Source: an uncultured bacterium (GTDB taxonomy: Bacteria; Krumholzibacteriota; Krumholzibacteriia; JACNKJ01). Taken from it: a stretch of DNA of 64,000 bases. Below are positions 55,753 to 64,000 of this stretch, piece after piece (the stretch's first letter is position 1; every line of letters begins with the position of its first letter). The stretch lies in the NCBI GenBank assembly GCA_963695095.1, contig CAVOFT010000001.1, positions 1,792,001-1,856,000 on the forward strand, in the 5' to 3' direction. A program made the position numbers and the translations under genes. The notes below the pieces were generated by a model. The model worked only from the letters and a program-made list of their open reading frames with translations, ran no database searches and was not told where the DNA came from.

Positions 55753-56190
55753 ATGGCGGTCGACGGAATCAAAAGGATGCCGATGGCGGCGACGCCCAGG
55801 CTGCAAGCCGCCTCCGGCGGCCCCGCAGCGCCGGCAGCGCTGCCGACGGCGGCGGCGCTGCGGCCGCTGGCGGCCGCGTCGGGCAAAGGCATCGGCGGGG
55901 CGACCGCGCCCTGGCAGCCGCTGGCGGCATCGGCCGGCGGCAGCCAGCGGCAGGCCATCGCGGCAGTCAAGGACTTCGAGGCGGTCTTCCTGCGCCAGCT
56001 GGCCGGCGTGATGACGCGCAGCGCCAGCGGCCTGGCCGCGGGCAGCGAGGGCGCGGCCTTCTATCAGGGCATGATCGAGGAACAACTGGGCCGTCTGCTT
56101 GCCGAACGCGGAGGCGGCATGGGCCTGCAATCTGCACTGCTGGCGCGCCTGGCGGGCCAGAGCGAAGGAGCGGCCGATGTTGCGCGCTGA
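55753..56190 (+). CDS. flgJ: Rod-binding protein (short FlgJ)
   Basis: FEAVFL.Q....M, Y..M, GG.GL...L; no muramidase domain. Confidence 0.75.
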   Translation: MAVDGIKRMPMAATPRLQAASGGPAAPAALPTAAALRPLAAASGKGIGGATAPWQPLAASAGGSQRQAIAAVKDFEAVFLRQLAGVMTRSASGLAAGSEGAAFYQGMIEEQLGRLLAERGGGMGLQSALLARLAGQSEGAADVAR

Positions 56191-56665
56191 AGACCTGGAC
56201 TCGCTCGCCACGCTGCTCGCCGACGAGACGGCGGCTTACGCCGCGCTGCTTGACGCGACGGGCGCGCAGCACGCGGCGCTGCTCGCCGGGGCGCCCCCCG
56301 CTATCGAGGCCAGCCTCCTGGCGCAGGTGGCCGCGCTGGCCACTTGCCGGCGGGCGAGCGACGCTCGGGCCTCGCGCACACAGGAACTCGCCCAGGCGCT
56401 AACGCTCGGGCGGCCCTGCAGCACGGGGCGGCTGCTGGGCGCCCTGCCCGCAGCGCGCGACTTGCAGGCCGCCTATGCCCGGCTGCGGAGCTGCGGCGAC
56501 GAACTCCGCGAACTGAACGCCGCCAACCGGCGGCTCGACGAACACCGGCTGGATCTCATGCAGGGCGATGTCGCCGCGCTGCAGGCCATGCTCACGGGTG
56601 CCGCCGGCGGGACGACCGCCGATGGCGAGCCGACGACCGGCAGCTTCCTGTCCCTACGCGCCTGA
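56177..56665 (+). CDS. flgN: Flagellar export chaperone FlgN
   Basis: Helical; L...N..N..L motif; directly before flgK. Confidence 0.75.
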   Translation: MLRAEDLDSLATLLADETAAYAALLDATGAQHAALLAGAPPAIEASLLAQVAALATCRRASDARASRTQELAQALTLGRPCSTGRLLGALPAARDLQAAYARLRSCGDELRELNAANRRLDEHRLDLMQGDVAALQAMLTGAAGGTTADGEPTTGSFLSLRA

Positions 56666-56674
56666 AGGAGGACC

Positions 56675-58066
56675 ATGTCCGGGCTCTTCGGCCTCTTGCA
56701 GACCACCAAGCTGACGATCTTCGCCCAGGAGATGTCGCTGGGGATCATCAATCACAACATCGCCAACGCCGGCACCGCCGGCTATCACCGGCAGCGGCTG
56801 AACGTTTCGGCCCGGGGCAGCTTGGTCGGCCTCGGGGGCAGCTTCGGCGGGGGCATCAACATCGACGGCGTCGAGCGGCTGGGCGATCGCTTCGTGCAGA
56901 ATCAGCTCGGCCGCGTCGGCGCACAGCGGGCGGAGCAGTCGGCGCTGGCCGACGCCTACGGCGTGCTGGAGACGATCTTCGGCGAGCCCGTCGACGACAC
57001 GCTCGGCGAGCAGGGCCTGGGCGATGCCCTGGACACCTTCCTGAACGCCTGGCAGCCGGTCATCAATCCGGAGATGAACTCCGATGATGCCGATACGCGC
57101 GGCCTGATCCTGGAAGCGGCCAGGAACCTGACCCATCGCTTCCGGGATGTCGCCGGCAACGTGCTCGACGAGGCGGCGACGCTGCGTGAGCGCGTGGGCG
57201 CCACCGTCGCCGAGGTGAACCGCCTGCTCGGCGATGTGGCGGATCTGAACCTCGCTCTCAGCAGCGGTTCGCTCAATGACAGCGCGCGGGGGGACTTCGA
57301 AGATGCCCGGGACGTCAAGCTGCAACGGCTGGCGACACTGGTCGGCGCGGAATGGCAGTTCACGGAGCAGGGGCAGCTCAAGGTCTACAGCGGCGGCCGC
57401 GTGCTCGTGGACCACGTCACGCCGCACGAAATCGAGGTCCAGAGCGTCGGCGGCGAGCGCGTGGATTCGCTGCGGCTGACGCCGGCCGGGGACAGCCATC
57501 CCCTGACGCCGGCCGGCGGCGAGCTCAAGGGCCTGCTCACGATGCTGGACAGCGAGCTGCCGGCCATCCTCGATCGCCTTGACACCCTGGCCCTCCGCCT
57601 GATGGAGCGCGTGAACGCGATCCACCAGGCCGCCACGGGCGACGGCGGCGGCGGCATCGACTTCTTCACGGGCAGCGACGCCAGCAGCATCGCCGTCAAT
57701 CCGGCCCTGATCGCCCACCCGGAGCAGGTCTCGCTGAGCGGGCTGCTCCCCGACGGTCGGGACATCGCGTCGGCCATCTTCGACCTGCATACGGAAACGG
57801 TGGACCCGGTGCGCGGCCTCACCCTGCAGGGGCTCTACGCGGGCATGATCGGCCGTCTCGGCGCCCGCAGCGCCACTGCCACCCAGCTCAGCACCGCCGC
57901 GGGGCGCCTGGAGGCGGGTCTGGCCGAGAAGCTGGAGTCGACTGCCGGCGTGAACATGGACGAGGAACTGGCCGAGATGATGATCGTGCAGAGGACATAC
58001 CAGGCGGCGTCCAAAGTGATCTCCGCCATCGATGAACTGCTGGATGTGCTGATGGGCATCCTCTAG
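56675..58066 (+). CDS. flgK: Hook-associated protein FlgK
   Basis: HNIANA.T.GY.RQ; GVN.DEE.......Y.A..KV. Confidence 0.94.
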   Translation: MSGLFGLLQTTKLTIFAQEMSLGIINHNIANAGTAGYHRQRLNVSARGSLVGLGGSFGGGINIDGVERLGDRFVQNQLGRVGAQRAEQSALADAYGVLETIFGEPVDDTLGEQGLGDALDTFLNAWQPVINPEMNSDDADTRGLILEAARNLTHRFRDVAGNVLDEAATLRERVGATVAEVNRLLGDVADLNLALSSGSLNDSARGDFEDARDVKLQRLATLVGAEWQFTEQGQLKVYSGGRVLVDHVTPHEIEVQSVGGERVDSLRLTPAGDSHPLTPAGGELKGLLTMLDSELPAILDRLDTLALRLMERVNAIHQAATGDGGGGIDFFTGSDASSIAVNPALIAHPEQVSLSGLLPDGRDIASAIFDLHTETVDPVRGLTLQGLYAGMIGRLGARSATATQLSTAAGRLEAGLAEKLESTAGVNMDEELAEMMIVQRTYQAASKVISAIDELLDVLMGIL

Positions 58067-58075
58067 GAGGCAGCC

Positions 58076-59593
58076 ATGCGCGTGACCCAGAAGATGTGGC
58101 AGGACAACCTGCTCGGCAGCATCAACCGCTCCTATGACCGGCTGGCGAGCATCGACCTGCAACGGCGCATCACGAAACCCAGCGACGATCCCAGCGGCAC
58201 CGAGCAGCTGGTGCGCCTGCGTTCGCTGCTGGCTCGCAACGGGCAGTACCAGGCGAACGTCGCCAGCGCATCGCGCTGGCTGACCTACTCGGAAACGGCG
58301 CTCTCCGGCGCCGCCAACGGCATCCGCGAGGCGCATGGCTTGGCACTGACGGCCGCGGACGACGCCAACACGCTCGAGGGCATCGCCGAGAGCCTGGACT
58401 CCCTGATCGACGACCTGCTCAACCAGGCCAACGCCGAGCATGGTGGCCGCTACCTCTTCGGCGGCTCACGCGGCGCGACGCCGCCCTTCGTGCGCAGCGG
58501 CGACATCGTCACCTACCACGGCGACAACAACGAGCTGAGCACGGCCATCAGCAGCGGGCTCTCGCTGCGCTACAACCTGCCCGGCAGCGCGGTCTTCGGC
58601 GAGCAGGCCGCCAGCTTCACCAGCACCCTGGACTGGGACCGGGCGGCGGAGTGGAGCACGGCCCTCGGCGAGCTGTTCGACGGAGAGGGGATGGCGGGCG
58701 GGCGCGTGCGCATCACCGATGGCGCCGGCGTCTCGGTGGTCGTCGACCTGCGCGGCGCGGCCACGCTGGGTGATATTCGCGATCGCATCGAGGCGGCCCT
58801 GCCGAACCTGGACGTCAACCTGGTCGATGGCTCGCGGCTCGAGCTCCGCGACACGGTGAACAGCGGCGGCCGGGTGAGCATGGTCGACGTGCAGGGGGGC
58901 ACCACGGCGACGCTGCTCGGTTTCGGAGCGCCGGGTATCGGCGGCACGCTGCTCAGCCGGGACCTCGATCCGGTGCTGACCGCGACGACGCCGCTCACGG
59001 CACTGCGCGGCATCAGCTTGCCGCTGGGCCAGGTGGCGGTCTCCGTGGCGGGCGCGGTGCCGACGACGGTCGATCTTAGTGGCGCCACCACGGTCGGCGA
59101 GCTGCGCAATCTGTTCGGTGCGCTGCCCGGGGTGAGCGCGAGCATCGCGCCCGGGGGCAATCGGCTGACGGTGGTGGGCGACGGCCTGCAGAGCGTGGCG
59201 ATCAGCGATGCGGACGGCGACGGCACGGCGACTCTCCTCGGGCTCACGGGATCGGCAGTGCCGATCCGGCCCTTCGGAGCGCTCATCGACCTGCGCGCCG
59301 CCGTCGCCGCCGGCGATCGCGCGCAGGTGCGCGCGCTCTTGCCGGAGCTGGAGGCGCTCGAGGACCACTTCACGTCCGCGCGGGCGACGGCGGGCAATCG
59401 CCTCAATCTGGCCGAGGGCGCCCTGGCCACTCTGGAGGCCCGCAACTTCACGATGACGGCGGCGCTGTCCGAGATCGGCGACGCCGACATGACCGAGGCC
59501 CTCATCCAGTACCAGAGCGCGGAGTCGATCTATCAGGCCTCGCTCGTGATGGCGGCCAATATCTTCCAACTGACCCTGGCCAACTACCTCTAA
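58076..59593 (+). CDS. flgL: Hook-associated protein FlgL
   Basis: MRVT, RI.KPSDDP, G.YLFGG, C-terminal L.NYL. Confidence 0.93.
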   Translation: MRVTQKMWQDNLLGSINRSYDRLASIDLQRRITKPSDDPSGTEQLVRLRSLLARNGQYQANVASASRWLTYSETALSGAANGIREAHGLALTAADDANTLEGIAESLDSLIDDLLNQANAEHGGRYLFGGSRGATPPFVRSGDIVTYHGDNNELSTAISSGLSLRYNLPGSAVFGEQAASFTSTLDWDRAAEWSTALGELFDGEGMAGGRVRITDGAGVSVVVDLRGAATLGDIRDRIEAALPNLDVNLVDGSRLELRDTVNSGGRVSMVDVQGGTTATLLGFGAPGIGGTLLSRDLDPVLTATTPLTALRGISLPLGQVAVSVAGAVPTTVDLSGATTVGELRNLFGALPGVSASIAPGGNRLTVVGDGLQSVAISDADGDGTATLLGLTGSAVPIRPFGALIDLRAAVAAGDRAQVRALLPELEALEDHFTSARATAGNRLNLAEGALATLEARNFTMTAALSEIGDADMTEALIQYQSAESIYQASLVMAANIFQLTLANYL

Positions 59594-59610
59594 GAAAGGA
59601 GCAACAAGCC

Positions 59611-60117
59611 ATGCGCTTGTTCGGAACCCGTTTCGGAACTGTCGATTACGCGGAGCAGGATGTGCTCCAGCTCAGCGAGGGCCTGGTGGGCCTGCCCCAG
59701 CTCGAGCGCTTCCTGATCATGGAGTTCGCGGAGCAGGCGCCCTTCCGCTGGCTGCAGTCCCTGGACGACCCGGCGATCGGCTTTCTGATCGCCGACCCCG
59801 TGCTCTTCGATTCCAGTTTCAACCTGGCCCTCGATGAACACGATCTGCGCGGCCTCGATGTCAGCGCGCCCGAGGACTTGACGATCTTCGTGCTCTGCAC
59901 GCGGCGCGGGCCCTGGGCGGCGACGACCGGCAACCTGCTGGGGCCGATCATCGTGCATACGAGCGCCCGGCGCGGCCGCCAGATCATCGTCGAAGACGCC
60001 GGCTACTCCACGCATGCCCCGCTGCGCAAGGCGCTGCGTGTGCCCGGCGCGGACCGGCAGCGCGCTGCCGGCGCCGGCGCCGGCGCCGAGGACGGCGTGC
60101 GCGAGAGCAGCGGCTAG
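59611..60117 (+). CDS. fliW: Flagellar assembly factor FliW
   Basis: TRFG, GL.G, F.WLQS.D, NL.GPI. Confidence 0.92.
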   Translation: MRLFGTRFGTVDYAEQDVLQLSEGLVGLPQLERFLIMEFAEQAPFRWLQSLDDPAIGFLIADPVLFDSSFNLALDEHDLRGLDVSAPEDLTIFVLCTRRGPWAATTGNLLGPIIVHTSARRGRQIIVEDAGYSTHAPLRKALRVPGADRQRAAGAGAGAEDGVRESSG

Positions 60118-60138
60118 GCACAAGCGGAAGGAGCCACT

Positions 60139-60408
60139 GTGCTGGTACTCAGTCGGAAGCGTGACCAGAGCATCATCGTGGGGGATGCGATCAAGATCAC
60201 GGTCGTCGACGTGCGCGGCGACACCGTGCAACTCGGGATCGAGGCCCCGCGCGAGATCGGCATCTATCGGGAAGAGATCTATCACGCCATTCGCGAGGCG
60301 AATCGGGAAGCCATCGATCGCGAAGGCGGCAATGGCGACGCGGCTCGCGGCGCCGGCGAACGGCCCGACCCCGGCCATGGGCACCGCGATGCCGGGGATG
60401 GCCGGTAG
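60139..60408 (+). CDS. csrA: Carbon storage regulator CsrA
   Basis: MLVLSRK...SI.VGD.I, LGIEAP..I.IYREE. Confidence 0.95.
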   Translation: MLVLSRKRDQSIIVGDAIKITVVDVRGDTVQLGIEAPREIGIYREEIYHAIREANREAIDREGGNGDAARGAGERPDPGHGHRDAGDGR

Positions 60409-60471
60409 GGGCCCCAGCGGCGCGACGGGGCCCCAGGCGGCCCCATCGGGGGCGGGCGCGGTAAAAAGGGC

Positions 60472-60498
60472 TCAAGTGCTACCGCGTGATGCCGATGA
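60472..60498 (+). promoter_or_regulatory. sigma28 promoter of flagellin 1
   Basis: TCAA-N15-GCCGATGA. Confidence 0.8.
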
Positions 60499-60621
60499 AC
60501 GGAGCGGACGGCCATCTACGGCCGCAAACAAGAGCGAATGGGATCGCGATCCGCGACGAGGGAGCGGGGCGGATCCAAGACGTAGACGCCGCCAACGGCG
60601 AAGATGCAAGGAGAAGCAGCA

Positions 60622-62073
60622 ATGGCATTCCGTATCAATCACAACATCGCCTCGATGAACGCGTACCGGAACCTGGCGCGCAACGACATGGGCTTCTCCG
60701 AGTCGCTCGAGCGCCTGAGTTCCGGCCTGCGCATCAACAAGGCTGGCGACGACCCGGCGGGCCTGGTCGTCTCCGAGAACATGCGCGCGCAGATCGCCGG
60801 CCTCGGCCAGGCGATCGAGAACAGCGAACTGGCCACGGCCATGGTGCAGACCGCCGAGGGCGCGCTCACCGAAGTGCACGCGCTGCTGACCAGCATGCGC
60901 GAGCTGGCCATCCACGCCGCGAACGAAGGCGCCAACAGCGCCGCCGACCTCGCGGCCGACCAGTCGGAAATCACCAACGCCCTGGCCACCATCGATCGTA
61001 TCGCGCAGCACACGCAATTCGGCACGAAGCGTTTGCTGGACGGCACGAACGGCGTCACCGGCACGGTGACCTCGGGCACGGTGACCTTCCTGAGCGGCAC
61101 CGGGGATACCCAGACCGGCACCTACGACGTCGTGGTGACGACCCAGGCCGAGAAGGCCACCTTCACGACGGCGAACACCGGGGCGATCGCTGGCATCACG
61201 GCCGCCGAGACCTTGACCGTGACCAACGACAGCACCGGCGTCAGCGTGACGGTGAATCTCGAGGCCGGCGACAACCGGCAGACGATCATCGACAAGATCA
61301 ATGCGTACACGGATGTGACCGATGTGGTGGCTTCGACGAACGGCGCCAACAACATCACCGTGACCAGCGCGGTCTGGGGCCGGGCGGGCGATTTCACGAT
61401 CGTCTCCAGCCTGGAGGCGGTGGACGGCACGCAGAGCGGCTTCGCCGACGGGGCGGGCAACTCGGATGACGGCGTGGACATCGCCGGCAGCTTCAACGTC
61501 GGCGCCACGGCGTATCAGGCCGACGGCCTGGGCGCCATCCTCACGGGCCGGGCGGGCAGCGTGGTCGAGGGGCTGCGCGTGTCCACGACGGTCGCGGCGG
61601 GCACGGCGGGCACGGTGACGGTGCGCAACGACAGCCTGGTCTTCCAGGTGGGCGCCAACGCCGGCCAGCAGGTGTCGCTGGCGATCAGCAACATGGCCGC
61701 CGCCACTCTGGGGCGGGGCCTGGACCTGGCCAACGGCGGCACGAACCAGTTCGGTAGCCTGACGGAGATCAGCGTACTGGACGCGGAGAAGGCGGCCGAC
61801 TCCCTGGCGGTGATCGACAAGGCGATCGAGGAAGTGAGCACGGTCCGCGGCACGCTGGGCGCCTTCCAGAGCAACACGCTGGAGAGCGGCGTCAACAACC
61901 TGCGCGTGGCCGAGGAGAACCTGGTCGCCGCCGAGTCGACGATCCGCGACACGGACATGGCCGCCGAGATGGCGACCTTCACCCGCAACCAGATCATGCT
62001 GCAGGCGGCCACGGCGATGCTTGCGCACGCCAACGCCGCGCCGCAGGTGGTGCTGCAGCTCCTGGGCGGCTAA
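60622..62073 (+). CDS. fliC: Flagellin, copy 1 (483 aa)
   Basis: RINHNI, LSSGLRIN.A.DD, QVGAN, IRDTDMA.EM. Confidence 0.97.
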   Translation: MAFRINHNIASMNAYRNLARNDMGFSESLERLSSGLRINKAGDDPAGLVVSENMRAQIAGLGQAIENSELATAMVQTAEGALTEVHALLTSMRELAIHAANEGANSAADLAADQSEITNALATIDRIAQHTQFGTKRLLDGTNGVTGTVTSGTVTFLSGTGDTQTGTYDVVVTTQAEKATFTTANTGAIAGITAAETLTVTNDSTGVSVTVNLEAGDNRQTIIDKINAYTDVTDVVASTNGANNITVTSAVWGRAGDFTIVSSLEAVDGTQSGFADGAGNSDDGVDIAGSFNVGATAYQADGLGAILTGRAGSVVEGLRVSTTVAAGTAGTVTVRNDSLVFQVGANAGQQVSLAISNMAAATLGRGLDLANGGTNQFGSLTEISVLDAEKAADSLAVIDKAIEEVSTVRGTLGAFQSNTLESGVNNLRVAEENLVAAESTIRDTDMAAEMATFTRNQIMLQAATAMLAHANAAPQVVLQLLGG

Positions 62074-62107
62074 GCCCGCTCGCGAGCGCCGCGCGTTTCC
62101 ATTCGCT

Positions 62108-62133
62108 GGCCCCGCCCCCGGGCGGGGCCTTTT
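62108..62133 (+). terminator. Intrinsic terminator after flagellin 1
   Basis: GGCCCCGCCC-CC-GGGCGGGGCC-TTTT. Confidence 0.85.
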
Positions 62134-62291
62134 GCTTGCCCGGCGACGCGGCAAAATGAGCGACTCCGTGCGCAGACTCAGGGTGCGGCGGGGAAATCGG
62201 CGGGACAGAGCGGGATGCAGCCGGCCGTCGGGAGGCGGGATGGGATGCGCTGGGCACTGGCGCAGCGCAGCCGGCGGGGGGGCAGCGGCCT

Positions 62292-62306
62292 TGGCACCAG
62301 CTCTGC
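62292..62306 (+). promoter_or_regulatory. Putative sigma54 promoter of flagellin 2
   Basis: TGGCAC-CAGCT-CTGC with correct -24/-12 spacing; no sigma28 motif seen upstream. Confidence 0.55.
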
Positions 62307-62415
62307 GAAGGGGGGAGAGCTCATGTTCCGGCGGCGTTTCGGACGGGCGGCGACCTGACCGCCAGACGGAACCACGGAGGTTCCCCTGCGGGGGAGTTCA
62401 AGGAGGATCGCAGCA

Positions 62416-63867
62416 ATGGCATTCCGCATCAATCACAACATCGCCTCGATGAACGCGTACCGGAATTTGACGCGCAACGACATGGGCTTCTCCGAGTCGC
62501 TCGAGCGCCTGAGTTCCGGCCTGCGTATCAACAAGGCTGGCGACGACCCGGCGGGCCTGGTCGTCTCCGAGAACATGCGCGCGCAGATCGCCGGCCTCGG
62601 CCAGGCGATCGAGAACAGCGAACTGGCCACGGCCATGGTGCAGACCGCCGAGGGCGCCCTGACCGAAGTGCACGCGCTGCTGACCAGCATGCGCGAGCTG
62701 GCCATCCACGCCGCGAACGAGGGCGCCAACAGCGCCGCCGACCTCGCGGCCGACCAGTCGGAAATCACCAACGCCCTGGCCACCATCGACCGTATCGCCG
62801 GCCAGACCCAGTTCGGCACCAAGAAGCTGCTGGACGGCTCCAACGGCGTCACCGGCACGGTGACCTCGGGCACGGTGTCCTTCCTCAGCGGCACCGGCGC
62901 CACCACGGCCGGCACCTACGACGTCGTGGTGACGACCCAGGCCGAGAAGGCCACCTTCACGACCACGAACACCGGGGCGATCGCGGGTATCACGGCCGAC
63001 GAGACCTTGACCGTGACCAATGACGCGACCGGCGTCAGCGTGACGGTCAACCTCGAGGCCGGCGACAACCGGCAGACGATCATCGACAAGATCAACGCTT
63101 ACAGCGACGAGACGCAGGTCGTGGCGACGACGAACGGCGCCAACAACATCAGCCTGACCAGCGCGGTCTGGGGCCGGGCCGGCGACTTCACGATCGTCTC
63201 CAGCCTGGAAGCGGTGGACGGCACGCAGAGCGGCTTCGCCGACGGGGCGGGCAACTCGGATGACGGCGTCAACATCGTGGGCACTTTCAACGTCGGCGCG
63301 ACGGCGTATCAGGCGGACGGCCTGGGCGCCATCCTCACGGGCCGGGCGGGCAGCGTGGTCGAGGGCCTGCGGGTGCAGACCACGGCCGCGGCGGGCACGG
63401 CGGGCACGGTGACGGTGCGCAACAACAGCCTGGTCTTCCAGGTGGGCGCCAATGCCGGGCAGCAGGTGACGCTGGCGATCAGCAACATGGCCGCCAGCAT
63501 GGTGGGCACCGGCCTGGACGCTGCCAACGGCGGCGCCAACCAGTTCACCAGCCTGGCCGAGATCGACATCCTGGACGCCGCCAAGGCGGCCGACTCGCTG
63601 GCCGTGATCGACAGGGCCATCGAGCAGGTGAGCACGATCCGCGGCACGCTGGGCGCCTTCCAGAGCAACACGCTGGAGAGCGGCGTCAACAACCTGCGCG
63701 TGGCCGAGGAGAACCTGGTCGCCGCCGAGTCGGCGGTCCGCGACACGGACATGGCCGCCGAGATGGCGACCTTCACCCGCAACCAGATCATGCTGCAGGC
63801 GGCCACGGCGATGCTCGCGCACGCCAACTCCGCCCCCCAGGTGGTGCTCCAGCTGATGACGGCCTAG
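62416..63867 (+). CDS. fliC: Flagellin, copy 2 (483 aa)
   Basis: Same motifs; near-identical termini to copy 1. Confidence 0.97.
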   Translation: MAFRINHNIASMNAYRNLTRNDMGFSESLERLSSGLRINKAGDDPAGLVVSENMRAQIAGLGQAIENSELATAMVQTAEGALTEVHALLTSMRELAIHAANEGANSAADLAADQSEITNALATIDRIAGQTQFGTKKLLDGSNGVTGTVTSGTVSFLSGTGATTAGTYDVVVTTQAEKATFTTTNTGAIAGITADETLTVTNDATGVSVTVNLEAGDNRQTIIDKINAYSDETQVVATTNGANNISLTSAVWGRAGDFTIVSSLEAVDGTQSGFADGAGNSDDGVNIVGTFNVGATAYQADGLGAILTGRAGSVVEGLRVQTTAAAGTAGTVTVRNNSLVFQVGANAGQQVTLAISNMAASMVGTGLDAANGGANQFTSLAEIDILDAAKAADSLAVIDRAIEQVSTIRGTLGAFQSNTLESGVNNLRVAEENLVAAESAVRDTDMAAEMATFTRNQIMLQAATAMLAHANSAPQVVLQLMTA

Positions 63868-64000
63868 GGGCCGGCACCCCATGGCGGTTGAGAGGGGCCC
63901 CGGCCATCTGGCGGGGCCCCACTCGTCCCGGGCAGGCGCGTCCGCGGTGGCGGCGGTTTGGAACTGGCAAGGGGCACCCGCTAAAGTCGCTGCATTCCGC

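Noticed and set aside
63981..64000. TAAAG as a possible sigma28 -35 element at the window end
   Set aside because: The -10 element would fall outside the window
1..64000. CRISPR arrays, IS elements, integrases, prophage or defence systems
   Set aside because: No regularly spaced direct repeats and no transposase, integrase or phage motifs seen

Overview
Very GC-rich diderm bacterial DNA. An FCB-superphylum candidate lineage such as Krumholzibacteriota, Latescibacterota or Eisenbacteria is inferred from the Bacteroidota-type bS22, PorV-like barrels, FlgD/T9SS-like C-terminal domains and '...IKxLY' protein tails; this was not verified. The window holds housekeeping genes (dapF, ABC transporter, nitrilase, Nudix hydrolase, acyl-CoA dehydrogenase with ETF, trpS, HU/IHF, bS22, RNase R, tRNA-Leu(CAA), tRNA-Ala(GGC)), a frameshifted nfeD-floA operon, a sigma28-type HDOD/PP2C/STAS operon, and a flagellar cluster flgFGAHIJNKL-fliW-csrA with two tandem flagellins. 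The most interesting candidates are three. (1) A ~15 kb operon with a sigma54-type promoter encoding a 2236-aa repeat protein with a T9SS-like C-terminal domain, a PorV-like barrel fused to an FlgD-Ig domain, a 998-aa TPR protein, ExbB, two ExbDs (one lacking the canonical Asp), TonB and an FlgD/OmpA-like protein: a candidate Ton-motor-energised, T9SS-like secretion or adhesion machine. (2) A short shared C-terminal tail (A-[TV]-x-x-S-[SN]-hydrophobic-S-x-I-[KR]-x-L-Y) on three secreted proteins, all encoded divergently from a PorV-like locus: a candidate sorting signal. (3) An unannotated ~130-nt small RNA candidate with its own promoter and terminator. All calls come from manual motif recognition; no database searches were run.
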